Origin: Planctomycetota bacterium
Lineage (GTDB): Bacteria > Planctomycetota > UBA1135 > UBA2386
DNA: 64,000 bases
Assembly: GCA_046290465.1 (NCBI GenBank)
Contig: JBKAGP010000001.1
Location: 192,001-256,000 of the forward strand
Direction: 5' to 3'
Shown here: in pieces, positions 9,565 to 17,612 of the stretch
Position numbering within the stretch: position 1 is the stretch's first letter
Layout of the letters: every line of letters begins with the position of its first letter
The notes under the pieces: model-generated
The model's input: the letters and a program-made list of their open reading frames with translations, nothing else
Told to the model about the DNA's origin: nothing
Database searches by the model: none
Program-made: the position numbers and the translations under genes

Positions 9565-10005
9565 CTAGAAGGGGATGTCGCCGTAGTCGACTCCGCTTTC
9601 CCCACTGCTCTCGTCGGGGCCGCTGTCCTCTGGGTCACCGACGGCGCCGTCCGTGCGTTCGAGCGCCTTCTCGATTTCCTCGAGTCGCTTGTCAATCCCG
9701 GTAGCTCCGCGCTTCGCGGCATGCAGGAGATCGACCAGCTTGATGTAGTCATCCAGTTCGTCGGGGGTTCCCTCGATCGAGAAGCTGTCGATGAGGATCC
9801 GCTGCCGCCTGTTGCGGGGCTTCTCGACGATCCCGAGGGCGACGAACTCGGCTCCGTCACTGCCCTCTCCTTCCCAGAGGTGGACGCCGGAGCTGCCTAG
9901 CCAGAGCACAACGCCTCCGCGCCACTCATGCCAACGAGCCTGCTTCTTGGTGGTCGTGTTGATTAGTTTCTGCACGAGGCCCTCGTATTCCTTCGGGATG
10001 GTCAT
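9565..10005 (-). CDS. Hypothetical protein with an acidic tail ending GDIPF
   Basis: 146-aa ORF whose start overlaps the upstream stop (ATGA). Confidence 0.7.
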   Translation of the reverse strand: MTIPKEYEGLVQKLINTTTKKQARWHEWRGGVVLWLGSSGVHLWEGEGSDGAEFVALGIVEKPRNRRQRILIDSFSIEGTPDELDDYIKLVDLLHAAKRGATGIDKRLEEIEKALERTDGAVGDPEDSGPDESSGESGVDYGDIPF

Positions 10006-10553
10006 TGGTTCGCCTTGACCCTTGAGATCGAATGGCCGGACATTAGTTCGAGTTCGTCGTGAACGGCGTAGAGCATGAGTTCAAGTTCCGCCAGACGCGC
10101 GGCTCCTAGAGCGTCTTTTGCGAGGTCGAAGACGAACTCGCCGACGCGTTCGCGCAATTCGCGGACAGTCTTGGCTTGCTCGGTTCCGTGGTTTGTTCCT
10201 TCGTAGCGTGACATCGCAGCCATCAACTCGCGGGCCGCAGTGCGCTTCGTTCTCTTGCCGTTCTGCGACAGCTCAGCGATCAGTGCCTTAGCGCGGCCGC
10301 AAAGGTGTTCAAGGTCGACGACACCCTGGAACATCTTGATCTTGCCGAGCGCCTCCCTGGCTGCGGCGCTCGCCGCGCCGGCCGAGCTGTCCGCATCCTT
10401 GGCGGCGCTTCTTGCTTCTCGGGCTGCCTTCTTGGCTTGCCCCATCTGCCAGAAAACAAGGGCGAGCGACAGGATGCCGATGGGGAATCCGAGAATCGTG
10501 GCCCACCAAGCGAGGGCCTGGGCTCCTTCCGATAACTCCTCCGGGATCCTCAC
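10002..10553 (-). CDS. Hypothetical single-TM, coiled-coil/helical protein
   Basis: Hydrophobic segment LAWWATILGFPIGILSLALVFWQM followed by Ala/Lys/Glu-rich helices; start uncertain (GTG 10553 or ATG 10613). Confidence 0.65.
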   Translation of the reverse strand: MRIPEELSEGAQALAWWATILGFPIGILSLALVFWQMGQAKKAAREARSAAKDADSSAGAASAAAREALGKIKMFQGVVDLEHLCGRAKALIAELSQNGKRTKRTAARELMAAMSRYEGTNHGTEQAKTVRELRERVGEFVFDLAKDALGAARLAELELMLYAVHDELELMSGHSISRVKANQ

Positions 10554-10606
10554 AGCGAAATCGTGCAACCCCGCCTTCTGATTTTCCAGTGGGGCAGGAC
10601 GGCCGC

Positions 10607-11770
10607 TTAGCATGCCGCGGCAGCGACCTTCGCGGCTGCAGCGAAATCGGCCTCGGCGTAGACCTCGGTCATCGCCGCGGACGTGTGCCCCAACAGCACG
10701 CGCGCGACCTCAATGCCGTGCTGCTTGCGGAAGCGCGTGGCGGCCGCGTGGCGCAGTTGGTAGGGCGTCCACGCCGGAGTCGACTTCCTGCCACGGAGTG
10801 CGCGACGCCGGTCTTAGCGTGCCACGGCGCGTCGCATGGCCTTACCGAGTGCCTGCGCGTCGTAGGTGTCGCCCGGCGGGCGCGCCGCTTCGACGCCTTG
10901 GCCGATCGGCGTCACCGCGTCCTTCGGCGAGAACAGCGTGCGCTTCGCGGGCCGGAGCATGAGCGGGCGCAACGTTTCCTGCGCGGCGGCGCCGAAGAAC
11001 AGGACCCGCCGGTGTCCCTTGGCCGCCGTCATGTGAGCCGTCAGCTCGCCCTTCCACGTCTCGCCGCGCTGGTCGATGTCGCGGGGGCGCAGGTCGAACA
11101 GCTCGGATGGCCGCGCACCCGTGACCGGTGCCGACAATTCGTCGAGCACCGGTCGAACGTGGACCCATCGAACGGGGTGGTGCTTCACGCTGCCGCGCGT
11201 GTCCTCGCGGCCGGTTTTCGCGGCCTGCAGCGCGTGGTGCACGCTCGCGGGTAGCAACTCCTCGGAGACCGACCAGCGGAACACGTCGAGCACGACGTGG
11301 CGCTTCTCGCGCGCGGTCTTGACGCAGATGCGCAGGCGGTCGGGGCGCGTTACGGCGTGGGTCACGAAGTTCTTGAGGGTAGTCGGGCCGGCGGTGCTCG
11401 CGTCGATCGACTCACCGAGCCACGACGCGAACTCGCGCGCGTTGTAGCTCAGGTCCCGGCCATTCCGCTGGCACCACGCTGCGCCGTGGTCGCTGCGCTC
11501 GTGCTCGAGGTAGCGTTCGACGAGGTCGCCGATCGGGAGCGGGCCGGGGCTCTCCGGCACCGGTGCCGGCGTGGTCGCCTCCGCGAACGTGCGGCCGTTG
11601 GCGAGCCACTCGGCCAGGTCTTACTCGAACAGCGCGCGGCCTTCCGCGTCGCCCCATCGGCCGTAGGTTCGCTGCCGGGTCGTGTCACCGAGGCGAAAGC
11701 TGGCGCACTGGTAGACCGTGCCGCGCACCGACTGTCGGCGCAGGGTGGGGAGGTGGTTCTTGCGAGTCAT
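10607..11770 (-). pseudogene. Tyrosine recombinase/integrase pseudogene
   Basis: One frame from MTRKNH (11770) to TAA (10607), interrupted by in-frame TAA at 11621-11623 and 10814-10816; TGARPSE (box I Arg), YQLRH and LLGH...TEVY (catalytic Tyr). Confidence 0.9.
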
Positions 11771-11905
11771 CGCGTCGTCCTTGGGGTCCGGTGTCAGAGT
11801 CCGTTCGTGTGCACACGTGTGCACAAGCTCTCGAACAGGCCCCAAGTCGCGCGCGTCGCAAATGCGACGGATCCGCCCAAGGTGAGCGATCGACAAGAAT
11901 TGAGT

Positions 11906-11982
11906 TGGTCGGGCCGAGAGGATTCGAACCTCCGACCTACTGGTCCCAAACCAGCCGCGCTACCAAGCTGCGCCACGGCCCG
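11906..11982 (-). tRNA. tRNA-Pro (anticodon TGG)
   Basis: Reverse complement CGGGCCGTGGCGCAGCTTGGTAGCGCGGCTGGTTTGGGACCAGTAGGTCGGAGGTTCGAATCCTCTCGGCCCGACCA forms a cloverleaf with T-loop GTTCGAATC and an encoded CCA. Confidence 0.97.
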
Positions 11983-12184
11983 ACACGCAGCACACTACCG
12001 CCGCCACCCCGGCCAGAAAACCCGGCCGCTCCCTACTTCCCATGCCACCGGCCACCCGTCACCGCACCGCCACCAGCCCCTCCCCGGACCCCACCCGACA
12101 CCACAACCGACCCTGCTGCCCTCCGCCACCCTCCCCGCTACAATCCCCACCCCTCTCGTCTCCCGCCCTGCCCGCGTAGACACC

Positions 12185-13969
12185 ATGCAAAGCGAACGTC
12201 CCCGACGTGCCGCGCGGTCCTTGCACGCCGCCGCCACCAGCGCACGACTCCTCCTCCTCCTGATCGCGACGCTCGCACCGTTCGCCTCCGCCAACGCCCA
12301 GCAGGCCCGGCTCGCGCCGCCCAATCTGCTGGCGCTGTTCGAAGTCGGTGCCGGCACGCTGCAGTCGCTGTCCCTGCCGGGCTCGCCGCAGGACAGCCTG
12401 CGGGTTCCGGTCGTGCTCGGTGGCGTCCCCTACACGCTCGCGCTCGCGCCGCACGATGTGCGCGCGGCCAACTTCCAGCTGTTCGAACGAACGGCGCAAG
12501 GGCTGGTGCTGCATCCGACGCCCGACTGTGTGACGTTCCGCGGCTCGCTGGTCGAGCAGCCCAATGCGCGGGTGGCGGCGACGGTGGTCGACGGGACGCT
12601 CGAGGGCATGGTGTTCCTGCCGCCGACGGGGCCCGGGCTCAACGGGGAGACGTGGGTGGTGCAGCCGGTGCGGCGCGTCGATCCGCGTGCCAGTGCTTCG
12701 CTGCACATCGTCTTCCGCGCGACGGACACCAACCCGTTGCCATACCAATGCGGCACCGACACGACCGGGCTGTCGGTCGCGACGCCGGTCGGCTCGCCCG
12801 ACTACACGGCGGTGTGCGAGATCGCGATCGAGGCCGACCGGCAGTTCTGGCAGTGGAACAACAACAGCGTCACGCAGACGCAGAACGACGTGACGTCGGT
12901 GATGAACCAGGTCGACTTCATCTACGACCGCGATTGTGACACCACGTTCTTGGTGACGTCGCTGATCGTGACGACCACGACGGTCTACACGACCAACGAC
13001 TCGAGCGCGCTGCTGAGCCAGTTCAGCAACTACTGGAACACCAACAACGCGTCGATCCAGCGCGACATCGCGCACCTGTTCACCGGGCGCAACCTGACCG
13101 GCTCGACGATCGGCGTCGCCTACCTCGGCGTGATCTGCAGCCAGACCAACGGCTACGGGCTGTCGCAGTCGGACTTCACCAACAACTTCAACAGCCGCGT
13201 CGGCCTGACCTGCCACGAGCTCGGCCACAACTTCGGGGCGCCGCACTGCAACGGCAACTCGCCGTGCTACATCATGTGTTCGGGGCTCGGTGGCTGCAGC
13301 AACAACGTGACGCTGTTCTCGCCGGCGGTCGCGGCGCAGATCGACAGCGCGGCGCACGCGGCGTCGTGCATGCCGCCGCCGGCGACGGCGCCGGTTCTGA
13401 CCTCGGCCAGCACGCCGACGGTGACGACGTTCGCGCCGGGCAGCGTCACGCTGCAGGGCTCGGGGTTGCTGACGGTCGACAGCTACACGGTCGGTGGACA
13501 GACGTCGACCAGCGGCATCGTCGTGGTCAGCGACACTGCGCTGTCGGTCGCGATGCCGCAGGGCACGGCGCTCGGGCCGACCACGATCACGGTCAGCAAC
13601 CCGCTGGGCACCAGCAACGCGCTGACCGTCGACTACGTGGTGACGCAGCCACCCAAGCTGCGTGCGACGACGCTGGTGCCGTCGACCGGCGGCATCGCCA
13701 GCTACGACTTCGGTGGCACGCCGGGCAACCAGTGGTTCCTGGTGCTCGGCATCCTGCCGCAGACCGCGCCGCTGCAGGGCTTCGACCTGCTCGCCAACCC
13801 GCTGCTGCTCAGCTTCGGAACGTTCTCGGCGCCGCTCGGCATCGAGAACTGGTCGGTGCCGGTGCCGGCCGGGCTCGGGGTGCTGCAGTTCTACTTCCAG
13901 GTGCTGGAGGGCGACCCGTCCGGCGTGGCGACCGGCGTGTCCAACCTGACGACGACGATCCTGCAGTAG
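12185..13969 (+). CDS. Secreted M12/reprolysin-like zinc metallopeptidase with IPT/TIG-like and shared C-terminal domain
   Basis: Signal peptide, prodomain ending in CG, EIAIEAD, HELGHNFGAPH zinc motif and Met-turn YIM. Confidence 0.9.
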   Translation: MQSERPRRAARSLHAAATSARLLLLLIATLAPFASANAQQARLAPPNLLALFEVGAGTLQSLSLPGSPQDSLRVPVVLGGVPYTLALAPHDVRAANFQLFERTAQGLVLHPTPDCVTFRGSLVEQPNARVAATVVDGTLEGMVFLPPTGPGLNGETWVVQPVRRVDPRASASLHIVFRATDTNPLPYQCGTDTTGLSVATPVGSPDYTAVCEIAIEADRQFWQWNNNSVTQTQNDVTSVMNQVDFIYDRDCDTTFLVTSLIVTTTTVYTTNDSSALLSQFSNYWNTNNASIQRDIAHLFTGRNLTGSTIGVAYLGVICSQTNGYGLSQSDFTNNFNSRVGLTCHELGHNFGAPHCNGNSPCYIMCSGLGGCSNNVTLFSPAVAAQIDSAAHAASCMPPPATAPVLTSASTPTVTTFAPGSVTLQGSGLLTVDSYTVGGQTSTSGIVVVSDTALSVAMPQGTALGPTTITVSNPLGTSNALTVDYVVTQPPKLRATTLVPSTGGIASYDFGGTPGNQWFLVLGILPQTAPLQGFDLLANPLLLSFGTFSAPLGIENWSVPVPAGLGVLQFYFQVLEGDPSGVATGVSNLTTTILQ

Positions 13970-14087
13970 CGGCGGCGACCCGGCGGGCGGGCGGTCTGGT
14001 ATCGTGGCGCGGCGGCGACGCCGCCCTCGATCCTCGTTTCCCCTGCGGCCGCGGCGACGTTCGCGGCCCGACCCCAGACGGTCCGCC

Positions 14088-15245
14088 ATGAACTCCGCGC
14101 CCCCGTGCTCGTGGTCCGTGCCGCGCTGCGCCATGCTCGCCGCGCTGCTGTCCGCTCCGCTCCTGGCCCAATACTCCGGCGAGTGGCCGCTCGATGCCGG
14201 CAGCGGTGGCATCACCGCCGACATCTCCGGCAATGCCAATGACGGCACGCTGAACAACTTCGGGCCGACGCCGTGGCTGCCCGGCAGCTTCGGCAACGCG
14301 CTGGCGTTCGACGGCGTCGACGACTACGTCAGCCTCGCGGACCAGACGTCGGTCTACGACGGCCTCGGCTCGCCGTACTCGATCTCGTACTGGATCAAGG
14401 CGCCGGCGCAGCAGAACTCGTTCGTCTACGCCGAGGGCACGATCGGCACGATCGCGATCCTGATCTTCGGTAGCGGGCAGTACCTGCCCGACGCCGACAA
14501 GTTCCGCGTCTACTGCCGCAACGACCAGGGGGACGTGCCGTTCACCGGGGTGTCCAACGCGGTCGTCTACGACGACACGTGGCACCACGTGACGTTCGTC
14601 GACGTCTCCGGGCAGATCACGCTCTACGTCGACGGCGTCGTCGACACCGGCAACATCGCCTACGACCCGGCGCGGCTGCCCGGCATGCCGGGGCACGGCA
14701 CGTTCTCCAACAACACCGCGTCGGTGGGAGCGCTGCGGCGCGGAACGGTCTGCTGCAACATGAACGGGCTGGTCGACGACCTGCGGGTCTATCGCTTCGC
14801 GATGACCCAGACCGACGTGCTGCTGGCGATGAACGGCGTGCCGCTGCTGCCGCCGTCGGCGAGCATCGGCGAATACGGCACCGGCTGCGGTGCCGGGCCG
14901 CTCGACCTGGCCGGCAGCGGCAGCGCTGTGCTGGGCGGGCCGGGGCTGCAGCTCGACCTGCAGCAGGGGCGGCCGGGCGCGCTGGCGTTCGTCGTCTGTG
15001 GCCTGGGCGACCTCCTGCCGGTCGACCTCGGCGTCGCGGGCTTTCCGGGGTGCACGCTCTACCCGCAGCAGTTCGCGTCGGCCTACCTCGGGCTGGTCGA
15101 TCCGGTCGGCAGCGCACCGGGGTTCCTGTTCGCGTTCCCGCCCGATCCGGCGCTGACCTACCAGCAGCTCAACTGCCAGGGCGTGACGCTGGACGCGGCC
15201 GCGGTCGAGTTCTCGGACGTCGTGATGGCGGTGCTCGGCGGGTAG
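14088..15245 (+). CDS. Secreted LamG/concanavalin-like domain protein with shared C-terminal domain
   Basis: DISGNANDG, GNALAFDGVDDYV, WHHVTFV, LYVDG, GLVDDLRVY; C-terminal YGTGC domain. Confidence 0.85.
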   Translation: MNSAPPCSWSVPRCAMLAALLSAPLLAQYSGEWPLDAGSGGITADISGNANDGTLNNFGPTPWLPGSFGNALAFDGVDDYVSLADQTSVYDGLGSPYSISYWIKAPAQQNSFVYAEGTIGTIAILIFGSGQYLPDADKFRVYCRNDQGDVPFTGVSNAVVYDDTWHHVTFVDVSGQITLYVDGVVDTGNIAYDPARLPGMPGHGTFSNNTASVGALRRGTVCCNMNGLVDDLRVYRFAMTQTDVLLAMNGVPLLPPSASIGEYGTGCGAGPLDLAGSGSAVLGGPGLQLDLQQGRPGALAFVVCGLGDLLPVDLGVAGFPGCTLYPQQFASAYLGLVDPVGSAPGFLFAFPPDPALTYQQLNCQGVTLDAAAVEFSDVVMAVLGG

Positions 15246-15248
15246 GGG

Positions 15249-15351
15249 GCGCAGGATGAACCCGGTTCGGTATGCGGCGCGGAGGGGCGCAGGATGAACC
15301 GGGTTCGGTATGTGGGGTCACAGGATGAACCGGGTTCGGTATGTGGGGTCA
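15249..15351 (+). repeat. Three direct copies of the RAYT-associated repeat (GCG)CAGGATGAACCSGGTTCGGTATGYGG
   Basis: Copies start at 15249, 15287 and about 15319; same sequence as the repeats flanking the transposase at 26.5-27.8 kb. Confidence 0.95.
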
Positions 15352-17532
15352 GCGGGGTTGGAGGTGGTGGAGGAGGTAGGTGCGGAGCTTGCGGAGGAAG
15401 TGGGCGCGGTGGTGGCCGCGCAGGCCGTGCAGCTGCTGGGGGTAGGGGAAGTAGTCGAGGTCGGTGCCGGCGGCGATGCAGCGGTCGACGAACTGCAGGG
15501 TGTGGCTCCACATCACGGTGCGGTCGTCGCTGCCGTGCACGAGCAGCAGCGGTCGCTTCAGGCGGCCCGCGAGCGGCAGGCAGCTCGAGGCGGCGAAGCC
15601 GTCGGGGTTCTCGGCGGGCGAGTCCATGTAGCGTTCGGTGTAGCCGGTCTCGTACATGGCCCAGTCGGTCACCGGCGCTCCGCTGATGCCGCAGGCAAAC
15701 GCCTCGGGGTGCAACAGCATCAGCCGCAGCGTCATGTAGCCGCCGAACGACCAGCCGTGCACGCCGATGCGCCCCCCGTCGACGAACGGCTGCTGCTTCA
15801 GCCACGCGATCGCGCGCATCTGGTCCTCGACCTCGACGGTGCCGAGGTGGCGGTGGATCTTCTGCTCGAACTCGATGCCGCGGTTGGGGGTGCCGCGGTT
15901 GTCGAGGCGGCAGACGACGAAGCCGTCGGCGGTCAGGGCCTGCAGCCAGCCGGCGGCGCCGCCAAACCACTGGTCCTTGACCAGCTGGGCGTGGGGGCCG
16001 CCGTAGACGTAGTGCAGCACCGGGTAGCGCTGCTTCGGATCGAAGTCGGCCGGCAGCGCCAGGTGGCCGTAGAGCACGGTGCCGTCCTCGGCCTCGACCT
16101 CGAAGAACCGCTGGCCCGGCAGGCGGAACTTCTCCAGCGGGTTCTCCGGCTGCGGCAGCGCGGTCGTCTCGCCGCTCTGCAGCTCGAGCAGGCGCGCCCG
16201 CGGCATCTGCTCCAGGTTGGACCAGACGACGCTGGCGCGCTGCGCGTCGGGCGACAGTTCGACCTGGTGCGTGCCGCGTTCGCGGGTCAGGCGCCGCTGG
16301 CCGTCGACCGTGACCTCGGCCGAGAACAGGTGCAACTGGCGCGGGTCCTCGCCGGCCGCGGTGAACCACACGCGGTTGCCGTTGGCGGCGACGTGCAGCA
16401 GCGCCTGCACGTCGAAGTTGCCGTCGGTCACCTGCCGCACCAGCTTGCCGTCCGCCTCGTGCAGGAACAGGTGGCGGTAGCCAGAACGGTTGGACCACCA
16501 CAGGAACCTGCCGCCCGGCAGCGACACGGCCGGGTGCTCGGGCTCGATCCACTCGCGGTCGTGCTCGCGCAGCAGCGTGCCGAGCCTCGCGCCGGTGCGC
16601 GGATCGAAGCGCACCAGCTCGACGTGGTCCTGGCCGCGGTTGACCTGGCTGACCAGCAGCTTGCCGTCCTGCGCGAACGTCAGGTTGGTCCAGTAGACGT
16701 CGGCGTCGGGGTCGCTCGCCATCGGCGTGACGCGGTAGTCGGTCGTGTCGCAGACCAGCACCTGCACGCGGCTGTGCGCGCGGCCGGCCATCGGGTAGCG
16801 GCCGCGGCGCGGCGCCGGCGGCATGGCGGTCGCGTCCTGGTAGGGATACGGCGCGATCGGCCGCAGGTCCTCGCGGTAGAACGCCAGGTAGCGGCCGTCC
16901 GCCGACCAGAACATGCCCTGCGTGATGCCGAACTCGGCGCGGTGTGCGGCGCCGCCGTAGACCACGTCCTCGCTGCCGTCGAACGTCAGCTGGTGCAGCT
17001 CGCCCTGCCGGTCGTGCAGCCACAGCTGGTGGTCGCGGCGCACCGCCGCGTGGCCGTCGCCCGGCGCCAGCTGCAGCATCGGCTCGCCGAACGCCGACGA
17101 GTCCTTGGCCGGTGCGTTCCACGACAATTGGCGGGTCGCCTCGCTCGCGCCGAGGTCCCAATGCCAGACCGAACGGTCGTAGACGATCCGCAGCGTGTCC
17201 GGATCGAGCCATGACACCGGCGGAAACCGCGCCGGCGCCTTCGACGCGTCCATCGGCAGCACCGCCCGGACCGCGGCGGCGGTCGCGGCCGGCGTGTCGA
17301 CGACCTTGCCGTCGACGATCCGGTGCAGCGCCTGGCCCTGGTCGCCGTGGTCGAGGATCACCGTCGCGTCATGACCGCCCGGCAACCACAGCACCTGCGG
17401 CGAAGGCGCGGCGAGAGCGGGGCCACGCTGCAGCACGGTGGCCAGCGTCAGTTTGGGCGCCTCCTGTGCCGATGCATGGCAGGCAAGCCACAGGGGGGTG
17501 AGAATCCAGAGGCGGCGATACGACCGGAACAT
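15349..17532 (-). CDS. Dipeptidyl-peptidase IV-like S9B peptidase
   Basis: Signal peptide, DPPIV N-terminal propeller, VYGGP, GWSFGG nucleophile, HGSDDRTV and H in QQLHGL. Confidence 0.92.
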   Translation of the reverse strand: MFRSYRRLWILTPLWLACHASAQEAPKLTLATVLQRGPALAAPSPQVLWLPGGHDATVILDHGDQGQALHRIVDGKVVDTPAATAAAVRAVLPMDASKAPARFPPVSWLDPDTLRIVYDRSVWHWDLGASEATRQLSWNAPAKDSSAFGEPMLQLAPGDGHAAVRRDHQLWLHDRQGELHQLTFDGSEDVVYGGAAHRAEFGITQGMFWSADGRYLAFYREDLRPIAPYPYQDATAMPPAPRRGRYPMAGRAHSRVQVLVCDTTDYRVTPMASDPDADVYWTNLTFAQDGKLLVSQVNRGQDHVELVRFDPRTGARLGTLLREHDREWIEPEHPAVSLPGGRFLWWSNRSGYRHLFLHEADGKLVRQVTDGNFDVQALLHVAANGNRVWFTAAGEDPRQLHLFSAEVTVDGQRRLTRERGTHQVELSPDAQRASVVWSNLEQMPRARLLELQSGETTALPQPENPLEKFRLPGQRFFEVEAEDGTVLYGHLALPADFDPKQRYPVLHYVYGGPHAQLVKDQWFGGAAGWLQALTADGFVVCRLDNRGTPNRGIEFEQKIHRHLGTVEVEDQMRAIAWLKQQPFVDGGRIGVHGWSFGGYMTLRLMLLHPEAFACGISGAPVTDWAMYETGYTERYMDSPAENPDGFAASSCLPLAGRLKRPLLLVHGSDDRTVMWSHTLQFVDRCIAAGTDLDYFPYPQQLHGLRGHHRAHFLRKLRTYLLHHLQPR

Positions 17533-17612
17533 GGTCGAACATCATCGCCACGATTCCTCATCGACGCCACGGTTGCACCGCCATCGACCCTGCCGCAGTA
17601 TCCGACGCGTCC

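Larger units (their letters stand above)
9031..11922. mobile_element. Decayed integrative element inserted at tRNA-Pro
   Basis: 20-bp direct repeat of the tRNA 3' end at both ends; tyrosine-integrase pseudogene next to the tRNA; cargo with atypical composition. Confidence 0.8.

Noticed and set aside
10607..11770. Stop-codon reassignment or readthrough making the integrase functional
   Set aside because: TAA is a normal terminator for fhs, the PPIase and the integrase itself, and the gene also appears to have a deletion before box I
11995..12180. Strongly C/A-skewed tract; similar G/T-skewed tracts at about 1295-1325, 15352-15410, 27785-27830, 41250-41300 and 44326-44360
   Set aside because: There is no repeat unit or coding signal, and most tracts follow hairpins or repeats; this is typical of low-quality strand-biased consensus, so they are not called as elements or G-quadruplex systems
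11297..12184. N-terminal 296 aa of the 890-aa ORF
   Set aside because: It runs antisense through the integrase pseudogene and the tRNA; the real protease starts at about 12185
15249..15351. Possible mini CRISPR array (about 29-bp repeats with a palindromic core)
   Set aside because: The gaps are only 2-9 bp rather than unique 30-40-bp spacers, there are no cas genes, and the same repeat flanks a Y1 transposase
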